From assembly GCA_965206595.1 (NCBI GenBank), contig OZ242214.1, forward strand, positions 768,001 through 832,000: a stretch of DNA of 64,000 nucleotides, given 5' to 3'. This DNA comes from Candidatus Latescibacterota bacterium. Lineage in GTDB: Bacteria > Latescibacterota > UBA2968 > UBA8231. Every line of letters starts with the position of its first letter. Positions within the stretch are counted from its first letter, which is position 1. A program made the translations under genes and the position numbers. Positions 22,443 through 31,834 of the stretch are shown one piece after another. The notes beneath the pieces are model-generated. The model saw only the letters and a program-made list of their open reading frames with translations. It was not told the DNA's origin and did no database searches.

Positions 22443-22982
22443 TCACGTCTGCTTGTATCCAAGGCGGCTTCCCTCCAGCAGCGTATACAATCCCCATATC
22501 ATGATGAAGGCGCCGACGGCCGCGCTCACCGGCAGAACGCCGGCCTGACCGAACGCCTCCGCGAATAGCGCGGCTGGTCCTTCCAGCCCGGCACTCCGAA
22601 CGAGAACCACCTCCCTCGCGGCATCTACAAGTGCTGTCACCGTTGAGTTTGAGAAACCCGTGCCGGCGATGTATTTCGTGAATCCGTAGAGCAGGGCCGC
22701 GGCTGAGGCCGCATATCCAGTACTCCCCAGTGCCCGCAATGGAGAGACGAACACGTGCTCTCTCTCTTGACGAAAGCTCGCCAGAACCCGTTCGGTGAAA
22801 GCAGCTGACAGCCCTTCGTGCTCTTGCCTTGACAAGATGTCATCGAGCAGCCGGTCGGCGGCAAAGTCGCGGCTGCACGCGCTGCACTCGCGCACGTGTC
22901 GCTCGACGGCTCTTCTGTCGGCAGGCCTCAGTGCGCCAACAAAAAAATCTTCCACCAGCTCCTTGAATCGATGGCACTCCAT
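22443..22982 (-). CDS. Anti-sigma factor with zf-HC2 zinc finger and TM segments
   Basis: HVRECSAC (HxxxCxxC); start overlaps the sigma stop (TGATG). Confidence 0.85.
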   Translation of the reverse strand: MECHRFKELVEDFFVGALRPADRRAVERHVRECSACSRDFAADRLLDDILSRQEHEGLSAAFTERVLASFRQEREHVFVSPLRALGSTGYAASAAALLYGFTKYIAGTGFSNSTVTALVDAAREVVLVRSAGLEGPAALFAEAFGQAGVLPVSAAVGAFIMIWGLYTLLEGSRLGYKQT

Positions 22983-23551
22983 CAGGTCACATATCCTTCG
23001 TCGATGGCGCGCGCTCTCAAGAACTGCTTCGCCCGATGCAGGTATGTCTTCACCGTACCCATCGGGAGGCCCATGATGTCCGCGATGTCCTTGTACTTCC
23101 TGTCCTCAACATAGTTGAGAGAAATAACCATCTTGTAGTGCGGCGGCAACTCATCCACCCAGCGCGCTACAGCCTCCTCCATCTCAGCCTTTTCGGCCTT
23201 GTCTTCCTTTACACTTTCGCCTGAGCTGGTTTCCCGGAGGTGCCATTCCCCTGTTTCATCATTCCACTGGACTTGATTGCTCCGGTGTCGGCGGCGCTGC
23301 AGCTCCCGAAAACAAACGCGACAGGTAATTCGGTAGATCCATGTAGAAAGCCTCGCTTCGCCACGAAACCGGTGCAGACCGCGCAGTACTCGGAGGAAAA
23401 CTTCCTGGGTCAGGTCCTCCGTCGCATCACTGTCTCCCGTCATGCGGTACACGACATTTGAGACCCTGGTCTTGTGTTCATCCACGAGTTCCGCAAACGC
23501 CTTTTCATCTCCTCGTCGACAGCGGCTGATGAGGGATCTTTCATCCTGCAC
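22982..23551 (-). CDS. ECF RNA polymerase sigma-70 factor (SigW/RpoE-like)
   Basis: EDLTQEVFLR, FRGEARLSTWIYRI, YKDIADIMGLPMGTVKTYLHRAK. Confidence 0.93.
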   Translation of the reverse strand: MQDERSLISRCRRGDEKAFAELVDEHKTRVSNVVYRMTGDSDATEDLTQEVFLRVLRGLHRFRGEARLSTWIYRITCRVCFRELQRRRHRSNQVQWNDETGEWHLRETSSGESVKEDKAEKAEMEEAVARWVDELPPHYKMVISLNYVEDRKYKDIADIMGLPMGTVKTYLHRAKQFLRARAIDEGYVT

Positions 23552-23598
23552 GGAGAGCTTCCCTGTGTGCGATTTATGCCGCAGTTTCCCTACTCATA

Positions 23599-23626
23599 TA
23601 GAGCTCCTGTCGCAGGAAATGTTTCA
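23599..23626 (-). promoter_or_regulatory. Putative ECF promoter for the sigma/anti-sigma operon (TGAAAC-N16-GCTCTA)
   Basis: Reverse complement reads tgaaac atttcctgcgacagga gctcta, ending 48 nt upstream of the sigma start. Confidence 0.75.
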
Positions 23627-23650
23627 AAATGCCGTGCATTCATCTTCTTC

Positions 23651-23678
23651 TGAAACAAATCCTCCCTACCCCGCTCTA
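23651..23678 (+). promoter_or_regulatory. Putative ECF promoter for the DUF6249-like gene (TGAAAC-N16-GCTCTA)
   Basis: tgaaac aaatcctccctacccc gctcta; same boxes and spacing as the divergent copy. Confidence 0.75.
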
Positions 23679-23750
23679 ATTGTGTCAAAAGCCGCACAAT
23701 TTTCCATTCCTGGTTTGTCCGGCGGATATAGTCGGACGAAGGAGTCAACC

Positions 23751-24164
23751 ATGACCGAGTTCGCAGTCATGTCAGTTTCGGTGCCCTTCGTTGCTTTAAC
23801 CGGTCTCTTCGTCTTTCTCACTCTGAGGAGTTACTTCGAGAGCAAGGTCCAGAGAGCCGCGATCGAGCAGGGCCAGCCGATTCCTCTCAGGCAGCCGACT
23901 GATGCTCGCAAACCAGCGTTGATCCTGATTGCGCTGGGCCTCGGCTACGGGATTGCCGCTTACCTGGCCGTGCCCGACGAGGTTGCCCTTACTGCGAGTG
24001 TTTGGGGTATCATCCCCCTATTAATCGGCATTGGCTTGTTGGTATTCCACTATCTGAAGGTCAAGGAGGACAGGTCGGACGGGGAGAAATCCGAGGCTGC
24101 CGGAGGCATCGCGGCGGCAAGCCCGCCAGCGACCCGTTCCGCATCGGATCCCCAGGACGCATAG
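23751..24164 (+). CDS. DUF6249-like membrane protein
   Basis: TM, AAIEQGQPIP, then two TMs (LILIALGLG..GIIPLLIGIGLLVF); RBS AAGGAG; divergent from ECF sigma. Confidence 0.75.
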   Translation: MTEFAVMSVSVPFVALTGLFVFLTLRSYFESKVQRAAIEQGQPIPLRQPTDARKPALILIALGLGYGIAAYLAVPDEVALTASVWGIIPLLIGIGLLVFHYLKVKEDRSDGEKSEAAGGIAAASPPATRSASDPQDA

Positions 24165-24239
24165 GGTTTTAGATTGAACGGCGCTGTCGTTGAAGCTGAA
24201 ACAGGCGGCGGGGCCGCTCGGCGAGCGGGTGGTTTCCCA

Positions 24240-24282
24240 CTACTGTCACGGAGGACTACTGTCACCGAGGACCACTGTCATG
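24240..24282 (+). repeat. 16-bp tandem repeat (about 2.7 copies) containing the RBS and start codon
   Basis: ctactgtcacggagga / ctactgtcaccgagga / ccactgtcatg. Confidence 0.8.
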
Positions 24283-25410
24283 AAAATCCAGAAAATCCAG
24301 GCCTTCCCCCTGGCTTATCCCGAGCCCCACTACAAGGGCATCGAACGCTACATCACCCTCGTCCGTATCGAGGGCGAGGACAACCAGGTCGGCTGGGGGG
24401 AGTGCATATCGCAATTTCGCGAGGCGGCCCTGGCGAGCAAACTCATCGCCGAGCAAGGCTTGGCCCCTCTCCTGATCGGCGGGAACGCCCTCGATGTCGA
24501 ACGTCACTGGCATGCGATGCGCGGCCACGTCTGGTGGTACGGTCCGGAGGGCATCGCCGCCTTCGCCATCAGCGCCATCGACATGGCCCTGTGGGACCTC
24601 GCCGGCAAAGCGCTCGGACAACCCGTCTGCCGGCTGCTCGGAGGGCAGCTCCACGACAAGGTCGTCGCCATGGCCTCGTTCATCTTCGACATGGAAGACG
24701 TCGACTGGACCCTCGACGAGTTTCGCTGGCTCAAATCGCAAGGCTACGGTGTGGTCAAGGCAGGTTGGGGCATGCGGCCCGAAGCCGTCTTCGGGCTCGA
24801 CCGCAACAAAGACATCGAGATTGTCCGCCGCACCCGCGAAGTCATCGGCGACGAAATCGAGCTCGTCGTCGACACCCCCGGCGCGCGCAATATCTGGGAC
24901 CTCAATACCGCGATCCAGCGCTTCCGCGACCTGGAACCCTACCGCCTGCGCTGGATCGAGCAGCCCCTGCTGCCCTCGGACCTCGACGCCCACGCCCGGC
25001 TGCGCGACGCCACCTCGACGCCGATCGGCACCGGCGAGGACGAATGGGACCTGGACAGCTATCGCCGCCTGATCCATTCGGGCGGCGTCGACGTGATCCA
25101 GATGGATCCGGGCCGCTGTCACGGCATCACCGGCTGCCGCCAGTATATCAGGCTGATCGAGGCGGAGAACCTGCAGTGGAGCGCCCATACCTGGAGCGGC
25201 GCGCTCAACACCGCGGCCAGCCTGCACCTGATGGCCAACTCGACCCACGGGGTCGCCCTCGACTTCAAACCGCACGAGTCCCCGATGCAGCACGAGCTCG
25301 TCGCCGACCCCTGGGTGCAGGAAGCGGGCCATCTCGCCGTCCGCGACACACCCGGTCTCGGCGTCGAAGTCAACGAAGAGATCGTCGAGAAGTACCACTT
25401 TGAATCCTAG
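24280..25410 (+). CDS. Mandelate racemase/muconate lactonizing enzyme family protein
   Basis: GWGE, SAIDMALWDLAGK, WIEQP, IGTGE, PGLGVEV. Confidence 0.9.
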   Translation: MKIQKIQAFPLAYPEPHYKGIERYITLVRIEGEDNQVGWGECISQFREAALASKLIAEQGLAPLLIGGNALDVERHWHAMRGHVWWYGPEGIAAFAISAIDMALWDLAGKALGQPVCRLLGGQLHDKVVAMASFIFDMEDVDWTLDEFRWLKSQGYGVVKAGWGMRPEAVFGLDRNKDIEIVRRTREVIGDEIELVVDTPGARNIWDLNTAIQRFRDLEPYRLRWIEQPLLPSDLDAHARLRDATSTPIGTGEDEWDLDSYRRLIHSGGVDVIQMDPGRCHGITGCRQYIRLIEAENLQWSAHTWSGALNTAASLHLMANSTHGVALDFKPHESPMQHELVADPWVQEAGHLAVRDTPGLGVEVNEEIVEKYHFES

Positions 25411-26200
25411 ACGCGCGCTGATCACCGGCGGGGCCGGCGGCTTCGGCCTGGGCACCGCCAGGGCCCTGCTCGCCCAGGGCGCCCAGGTCGCCATCGCCGA
25501 TATCGACGGCGAAAAACTGGGGGCGGCCGCCGATGAATTGAACAGCGACCGCGTGCTGGCCCTGGTGCTCGATGTCACCTCGCGGGCATCCGTCCAACAG
25601 GCCGTTGCCGCCTGCCGGACGCGCTTCGGGGGTCTGGACACCCTGGTCAATTCCGCCGGTGTCATCCACATCGGCTCCCTGGAAGAAACCACCGAAGCGG
25701 ATTGGGACCGGGTCATCGACATCGACCTCAAGGGGGTTTTTCTCTGCTGCCAGGCCGCGGCCCCGCTCCTGCGCCAGAGCGGCCGGCGCGGCCGCATCGT
25801 CAATATCGGCTCGGACGTGTCGAAGATCGGCAGCGCGCTGATTGCCTCCTATTGCGCCGCCAAGTTCGGCGTCGTCGGCCTGAGCAAGGCGCTGGCCGGC
25901 GAGCTGGCCCCCGACGGCGTCACCGTCAACTGCGTCTGTCCGGTCGGCGTCTCGACCACCGGCATGGGCGGGGACGTGCTCGCCTTCAAACAACGGACCA
26001 CTGGCGCGGCGCCCGCGGCGATCCTCGCGGCGACCGCGGCGGACATCCCCCTCGGCCGCAACCCCACCGAGGACGACGTCGTCAACGCCATCATGTTCTT
26101 CCTCGCCGAAGAATCGTCCTTTCTGACGGGAGTCGCGCTCGATGTCGATGGCGGTCTGCTCAGCACCTCGACCCTGCCCGGCGTCGCCGATGGCGAGTAG
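25400..26200 (+). CDS. Short-chain dehydrogenase/reductase (SDR)
   Basis: TGGAGGFG, VNSAG, YCAAK, DVDGG. Confidence 0.92.
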   Translation: MNPRRALITGGAGGFGLGTARALLAQGAQVAIADIDGEKLGAAADELNSDRVLALVLDVTSRASVQQAVAACRTRFGGLDTLVNSAGVIHIGSLEETTEADWDRVIDIDLKGVFLCCQAAAPLLRQSGRRGRIVNIGSDVSKIGSALIASYCAAKFGVVGLSKALAGELAPDGVTVNCVCPVGVSTTGMGGDVLAFKQRTTGAAPAAILAATAADIPLGRNPTEDDVVNAIMFFLAEESSFLTGVALDVDGGLLSTSTLPGVADGE

Positions 26201-26285
26201 AGGAAAGTGCCAATGTCCCGTCGCAGAAGCATGCAGGGGTCTCGTCGTGACCGCGGCAAGGGAGTCGGATGCGGGATAGAGCTGT

Positions 26286-28478
26286 TCAGGGGCCGAAGCG
26301 CCTGAGCACTCCATCCCAGGTGACCACGACGATTCCGTCTTCGAGCGGGACAGGCGCTGCCGTTATCGGCGACGCGAGCTGCGTCGTCCCTTCGCAGTCG
26401 CCGGAATCGGCGTTCAACTGGTACATCACCCCGTCGACACCGCAGGCGACCACCCGCCCGCCGTAGAGGACGGGCGGTGCCAGAACCGTGCAGGCGTCCC
26501 GGCGGTGGGGTGCCATGTCGAGCATGGCGCCGCCTGTCCGGAACTCCCACTTCACCTCGCCGGTGGCGAGATCGCAGGCGATCACCTTGCCGTCCCCGCT
26601 GCCCGCATACAGGCGCCCGCCCTCGACGGTGAGCCCGGTGACGCAGTTGCCCGCTGCGGCACTTTCATCCAGCACCCGCTCGTCGAACACGACATCGCCA
26701 TCCAGGGCCCGAACTGCGAGGAGATGGTTCGGCTCGCCACCGCTCACCACCGTGTCTCCCACCAGGATCGGCGAAGCCCACCAGTCCTGGCTGTCGGGGA
26801 GCGCGTGCTCCCAGACGATTCGCCCGCTTTTTCGATCGAGGGCCGTCAGGGCCCGGCGCGGAACCAGGCTGATCAGAAGCTCGCCGTAGAGGATCGGGGT
26901 GAACCATGCCCCCCACTTGTCGCCCGTCGGATCGGCGATGAGATCGAGGGTGCCGCTGAAGCGCCTGAACCACAGCGGCTTCCCCGTGCGAGCATCGTGG
27001 GCGCCGTACCCGGACTTGGCCCCGGCGTAGGCGACGCCGTCGGCGACAGCGGGAGTACCGGCCATCCAGCGCTCCGGAAAGCCGGGCGTGTCCGCGTGCC
27101 AGAGGAGTTTGCCCGTCGCCGCGTCGAGGCCCGACAGCCGGCCGCAGTTCGACATGGCGAACAACGCCCCATCCGCGACGGCGACGCTGTTGCGGATCGC
27201 CGAATCGGTGCGGCAGTGCCAGACGATCGAACCGTCGTCGAGATCGACGCGGCAGACACCGCTCTCCCTGCCGTCGTCGTCGTCCTGCAGGCTCACTATG
27301 AGGCCGCCTTGGCAAAGGACCGGTGCGGCCCGATGGACGAGCGCCGGCAGACGGGTTTCCCAGATCGGGCGTAGTCCGCTTTCCCCCCGTCCGGCTGTCG
27401 CAACGCTCGCGGGCGGCGCCTCCTGCGAGCGCCCCTTCGAGCGCCCTCCGGCAGCGCGCAGCTCCATGTCGAACCTGCCGCCGTCGAAATGCAGGGCCCG
27501 GAAGCCGCGCGGATCGGTGCTGCTGCCCCCCCAGCACAGGGGCGGTGTCGAAGCGATCACGACGTCGCGATGACGGAATACCCTGCTCGTGTGGGTGTGG
27601 CCGTGGAGGACCAGCCGAACGTCGTACTTCGCCAGCCGCTCCAGCAGATCCATCCGCGGCGGCATGTGCACCCCCACGACGATCGGTCTGCCGGCCGGCT
27701 GCATCGCCAGGTCCGCCTCGAGCCAGCGCTCCTTGCGCAGCTGGTCGTAGACGGAGAACTCGTACTCCTCGTTGGGATACAGGACGAAATGCCAGCTGCC
27801 GTAGTCGAAGCTGTAGTGGGTGGGACCTAGTATCCTCTCGAAATGCCCCGTCAGGGTCACACCCGCGTTGGTGTCGTCGAGCCAGTCGCGGACTTCGCTG
27901 TCGTCGTCCACCCGCTTTCCCGGCGTCCGCGCCTGCAGGACGTTGGCGTCGTGGCCGCCGAAGCCGAGGTGCATCGGCGTGGCGACCGCCTCGGCGACCG
28001 CGCGGAATGCCTCGAGTTCTGCGATCGAGCCGACGTTCGTCAGGTCCCCGGTGGCGAGCATGAATGCCGGCGACAACACCTGCTCCACCTCTGCGATATC
28101 TCCGGCGAGGAGCTCCGGCGACGCCAGATTGTCACCCGGCCGGCGATGGCGCCCGTCCTCCCCGGTGACGAGATGGAGATCCGTTATGTGGGCTGCCGCG
28201 AAGCGGCCGGAGGGCTCGCCTAGCGGGGTGAGCTCGAAATGGAACGTCCCGTTCTCCACCCGGCGGATTCTTCGAAAATGAGAATCCGTCGGTCGGAAGC
28301 CTTCCGGGCAGGTGACCGTCAGAAAGCGGTGGATCCCCGGTTGGGCCTCGATCTCGTACGCCCCGGCGGCATCGGTGCGCTCGATGAGCTCGCCGTTCGA
28401 TACGGCCACTCCCTCGACCCCCCTCCCTGCCGGATCGACGACGGTCCCGCCCAGGTAGATGATGTTTTGAGAGATCAA
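26286..28478 (-). CDS. Calcineurin-like metallophosphoesterase fused to PQQ-type beta-propeller repeats
   Basis: VAVSNG N-domain, TDLH, TGDL, GGHD, HGHTH; C-terminal LDAATGKLLW / DLATGEVKW repeats. Confidence 0.85.
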   Translation of the reverse strand: MISQNIIYLGGTVVDPAGRGVEGVAVSNGELIERTDAAGAYEIEAQPGIHRFLTVTCPEGFRPTDSHFRRIRRVENGTFHFELTPLGEPSGRFAAAHITDLHLVTGEDGRHRRPGDNLASPELLAGDIAEVEQVLSPAFMLATGDLTNVGSIAELEAFRAVAEAVATPMHLGFGGHDANVLQARTPGKRVDDDSEVRDWLDDTNAGVTLTGHFERILGPTHYSFDYGSWHFVLYPNEEYEFSVYDQLRKERWLEADLAMQPAGRPIVVGVHMPPRMDLLERLAKYDVRLVLHGHTHTSRVFRHRDVVIASTPPLCWGGSSTDPRGFRALHFDGGRFDMELRAAGGRSKGRSQEAPPASVATAGRGESGLRPIWETRLPALVHRAAPVLCQGGLIVSLQDDDDGRESGVCRVDLDDGSIVWHCRTDSAIRNSVAVADGALFAMSNCGRLSGLDAATGKLLWHADTPGFPERWMAGTPAVADGVAYAGAKSGYGAHDARTGKPLWFRRFSGTLDLIADPTGDKWGAWFTPILYGELLISLVPRRALTALDRKSGRIVWEHALPDSQDWWASPILVGDTVVSGGEPNHLLAVRALDGDVVFDERVLDESAAAGNCVTGLTVEGGRLYAGSGDGKVIACDLATGEVKWEFRTGGAMLDMAPHRRDACTVLAPPVLYGGRVVACGVDGVMYQLNADSGDCEGTTQLASPITAAPVPLEDGIVVVTWDGVLRRFGP

Positions 28479-28512
28479 GGGATCAGTCCTGCTCGCGCGG
28501 ATACTGGCGCAG

Positions 28513-29424
28513 CTATAAGAAGAACGGATTCGTCCAGGCCCGGCGCCCGTGCTCGTCGCGCACGGTCACCCGCATCCACGGGCTCGGCCAGTTCCGCGTC
28601 AGGCGGGCTTTGGTGATGCCGTCGCCCTCCTGGCTCTTCGACTCGCCGTCCTTGCCGACCATCATGATGCGCGACACGGGTGAGCAGCGGACCTCCACCG
28701 TGTCGGGCGGGTGGATGGCGACGTCTTCGATGGTGGGACCGCAGCTGGCGTAGTAGCGCCCCGCCTTCAGCGCCGCCATCAGCGATGCGGGCGACAGCTC
28801 CTCGCTCTTGACCCACACCCACCCCAGGCCGAAGTCGTGACGGAAGGACTCGAAATGGGCGTCGTCGGCAGCGGTGATGAGGTAATGCTCGTCCCGTTGC
28901 AGGAGCAGGTCCGCCACGTACCAGCTGTGTCCCTTGTCGACGCCGTCGGCGACGCCGTTGAAGATTTCGATCGCGTGGATCGGCCCCAGGCTGAGAATCT
29001 GCTCCGGTGTCAGGAAGGAGTGGTGCGGATGGACGGCGACGACGAAAGCGCCGGCCTCGAGGGCCCTGGCCGCGATCCCGGGTCCCGATTCGCCCTCGCT
29101 CCACGGCTCGAAATCGAGCGGCAGGTCGATGGCGCCGACATCCCACTTCATCGCCGAGCCGGGAATCGGCGCGTGCAGCTCGGCGCCGATGAGGGTCGTG
29201 AATCCGTCCGTGCGGAAGGGTCTCGTGTCGACAATGGGGTAGCCGAACTGCTCGAGGAAGTGATCGGTTATAGCCACGAAGTGATAGCCGGCCTCCCGGT
29301 AGCGGCGGCACACCTCCCCGGGGGGCAGGGTGCCGTCCGAGCAGGTGGAATGCGTGTGGATATTCCCCTTCCGGAACTTCCCCGGCTTGTCGAACGGAAG
29401 TCGATGCATGCCTTTTCCCTGCAT
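28513..29424 (-). CDS. PHP-domain (CehA/McbA-like) metallohydrolase
   Basis: GNIHTHSTCSDG, AITDH, AVHP, IEIFN, ADDAH, AWTNP; start may be 29409. Confidence 0.85.
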   Translation of the reverse strand: MQGKGMHRLPFDKPGKFRKGNIHTHSTCSDGTLPPGEVCRRYREAGYHFVAITDHFLEQFGYPIVDTRPFRTDGFTTLIGAELHAPIPGSAMKWDVGAIDLPLDFEPWSEGESGPGIAARALEAGAFVVAVHPHHSFLTPEQILSLGPIHAIEIFNGVADGVDKGHSWYVADLLLQRDEHYLITAADDAHFESFRHDFGLGWVWVKSEELSPASLMAALKAGRYYASCGPTIEDVAIHPPDTVEVRCSPVSRIMMVGKDGESKSQEGDGITKARLTRNWPSPWMRVTVRDEHGRRAWTNPFFL

Positions 29425-29445
29425 CTGTCACGGGCTCTTGCGAGC

Positions 29446-29522
29446 AAGTGAGGTCAGGCGGCGAACTCGAGCTGTGGCGGGGGCCGCTCCGGTGCAATGG
29501 CGGATGGGGCGGGAGGCAGTCC
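29446..29522 (-). repeat. IS91-like transposase 3' tail remnant
   Basis: Minus strand encodes GLPPAPSAIAPERPPPQLEFAA*, like the tail at 60248-60310. Confidence 0.6.
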
Positions 29523-29529
29523 TCCCCCA

Positions 29530-29931
29530 TCACTCCGCCACGTGACTCAGGACGAGATCTCGCAAAGTCACCATGCCGAGGGGGTGGCGCTCGTAGTCGA
29601 CGACCACGGCGCGGGAGATTTCAAAGCGCACGAGCAGGCGCACGGCGTAGCGGGCGAGCATGGCCGACGGCAGGGTCCACACCGGTTTCGACATGATTTC
29701 GTACACGTTGACGCGGTCGGGCGGGCGGTTCTTGGCGATCACCTCGCGGGCGATGTCCGCGACCACGAGCAGGCCGAACTCGTCGTCGTCGTCGCGCCGG
29801 TCGACGGCGAGGGAACTGACCTCGTGCTGCTTCATGAGGGCCATGGCCTCGGCCACGGTAGCAAGCCTGTCTATGGTGTAGAGCTTGGAGCCCATGACGT
29901 CTCCGACCCGGATGATGCGTTTCTCGCTCAT
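29530..29931 (-). CDS. CBS domain protein
   Basis: Paired CBS repeats (VGDVM, VYEIMSKP, GMVTLRD). Confidence 0.9.
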   Translation of the reverse strand: MSEKRIIRVGDVMGSKLYTIDRLATVAEAMALMKQHEVSSLAVDRRDDDDEFGLLVVADIAREVIAKNRPPDRVNVYEIMSKPVWTLPSAMLARYAVRLLVRFEISRAVVVDYERHPLGMVTLRDLVLSHVAE

Positions 29932-30278
29932 AATTCGTCATCCACCTCTTCGAGAATGGTGGGGAGTTGGGTGGTGAGACCGACGGCGTCCTCGATCGGG
30001 ACCTGAAATGCAATGCCGGCGCCGGGTTCCTGCTCGAAGCGCCCGGCATCGCGGATGCGCTCCAGAATGTCCCGCGCCCGGTTCTCGACCACCAGGAAAA
30101 GGACGACATCGCGCCGGGCCGCCAGGTCGAGACCGAAAAAGGTCTTCTGCGGCTTCAGGCCTTCGCCGCGCACTCCGGTAAAAATCGTCGCGCCGGTCGC
30201 CCCGCCGGCGCGGGCGGCATCGACCACGGTATCGGTCTTGTCGTCGCTGACCAGGGCGACGATCAGTTTCAGTTGCAT
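29928..30278 (-). CDS. P-II family signal transduction protein
   Basis: MQLKLIVALV, AGGATGAT, RGEG, GAGIAFQVPIEDAVG. Confidence 0.88.
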   Translation of the reverse strand: MQLKLIVALVSDDKTDTVVDAARAGGATGATIFTGVRGEGLKPQKTFFGLDLAARRDVVLFLVVENRARDILERIRDAGRFEQEPGAGIAFQVPIEDAVGLTTQLPTILEEVDDEL

Positions 30279-30281
30279 GGC

Positions 30282-31067
30282 TCAACTCTCCTGGGATTGT
30301 TTGGCGTTCCGCCGGCGTCCCACCCAGGACACGGCCATAGCATAGCCCAGCACGGACATGATGGGAAAGACGCTGGCGAAGGCGATGAGGCCGAATCCGT
30401 CGATCAGCGGGCTGCGCCCGGGGACGGTTGCGGCGAGCCCCAGGCCCAGCGCCGCGACCACTGGCACCGTGACGGTCGACGTGGTGACGCCGCCGCTGTC
30501 GTAGGCGAGCGGCACGATGGTCCGGCTCGACCGGAAGGTCTGGGCGATCACCACGAAATATGCGGCGATGATGTACCAGGGCAGGGGCGTGCCGGTGACG
30601 ATGCGGAAGCAGCCCAGCGCCACACCCGCGGCCACCCCGAGCGCCACGGCGATTCTGAGGCCCCAGGCGTGGATCGAGCCGCCCGAGATCTCCTCGGCCT
30701 TGAGCGCGACCGCGATGAGCGAGGGCTCGGCCACTGTCGTCGCAAAGCCGATCGCCGCGGCAAAGGCGTAGACCAGCAGGTAGTCGTACCAGTCGACGCC
30801 GTCGGCCAGGCTCGCCTTGCCGATGGTCTCGGGGGCGGTGAGCTGCCGCGCCATGGTCTCGCCGATCGGGAAGAGGGCCTCCTCCAGGCCGATGAGGAAG
30901 AGCGTGAGTCCCAACAGGACGAAGACAAACCCGGCCGCGATCCTGCCCAGGTGCGGCAGGCTGCGGCGCAGCACCGCAACCTGGAACAGAACGAGGATGC
31001 CGATAATGGGCGCCACATCGAGCGCGGTGGAAACCCCGGTGACGGCAACGGTGCGCAGAAACTCCAC
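30282..31067 (-). CDS. DUF1538 membrane protein
   Basis: [31 protein letters not shown]. Confidence 0.9.
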   Translation of the reverse strand: MEFLRTVAVTGVSTALDVAPIIGILVLFQVAVLRRSLPHLGRIAAGFVFVLLGLTLFLIGLEEALFPIGETMARQLTAPETIGKASLADGVDWYDYLLVYAFAAAIGFATTVAEPSLIAVALKAEEISGGSIHAWGLRIAVALGVAAGVALGCFRIVTGTPLPWYIIAAYFVVIAQTFRSSRTIVPLAYDSGGVTTSTVTVPVVAALGLGLAATVPGRSPLIDGFGLIAFASVFPIMSVLGYAMAVSWVGRRRNAKQSQES

Positions 31068-31068
31068 C

Positions 31069-31803
31069 TCAGATCACCATGCCATACAGAAGGACAAAGA
31101 TCATGGGCGTCAGGCTGGCGAAGGCGATGAGCCCGAAGCCGTCGACCATCGGGTTGCGCCCCCGGATCGAGGTGGCGAGCCCGACACCCAACGCGGTGAC
31201 GAGCGGCACCGTGATCGTGCTGGTGGTGACGCCGCCGGAATCGTAGGCAACCCCGATGATTTCCGCGGGCGCGAACGCGGTCAACGCGGTCACCAGCACA
31301 TAGCCCCCGATGATGAGCCGGTGGAGCGGCCAGCCCTTGAGGATGCGCAGCACCCCGAGCACGATCGCCGCGCCGACCGAGACCGCCACCACCATGCGCA
31401 ACTGAAAGGCGTACGCGGAACGCGCCTCGTCGCCGGCGGCGATGGCGCCGGCTTCCGCGGCGACCTCGGCCGCCTCCGCGGCAACGGCGATCAGGGCCGG
31501 CTCCGCGACCGTGGTGCCGAAACCCAGGCAGAAGGCAAAGGCCAACAGCGCCGCCGCGCTCCCCTTGCGCGCGAAGGCCTGCGCGATAGCCTCGCCGAGG
31601 GGAAACAGACCGCTTTCGAGTCCCTGGATGAAGAGCGTCAGGCCGGCGATCACGCAGAACAGGCCAACGGCAACGCGCCCGAGATTCGGAAAGGGCTGCT
31701 GCAACACCGCGATCTGGAAGAACGCGATGACGAGGATGATGGGCGCCAGATCGCGCAGCGCTTCGACGATCCGCCGCAATATCGCGCCCAGGGTTCTGGT
31801 CAC
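31069..31803 (-). CDS. DUF1538 membrane protein (paralogue)
   Basis: Same motifs ([15 protein letters not shown]); likely GTG start at 31803. Confidence 0.88.
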   Translation of the reverse strand: MTRTLGAILRRIVEALRDLAPIILVIAFFQIAVLQQPFPNLGRVAVGLFCVIAGLTLFIQGLESGLFPLGEAIAQAFARKGSAAALLAFAFCLGFGTTVAEPALIAVAAEAAEVAAEAGAIAAGDEARSAYAFQLRMVVAVSVGAAIVLGVLRILKGWPLHRLIIGGYVLVTALTAFAPAEIIGVAYDSGGVTTSTITVPLVTALGVGLATSIRGRNPMVDGFGLIAFASLTPMIFVLLYGMVI

Positions 31804-31834
31804 GGTTGCTCTCTGGAGTCCTAAAAAGGCCTTC

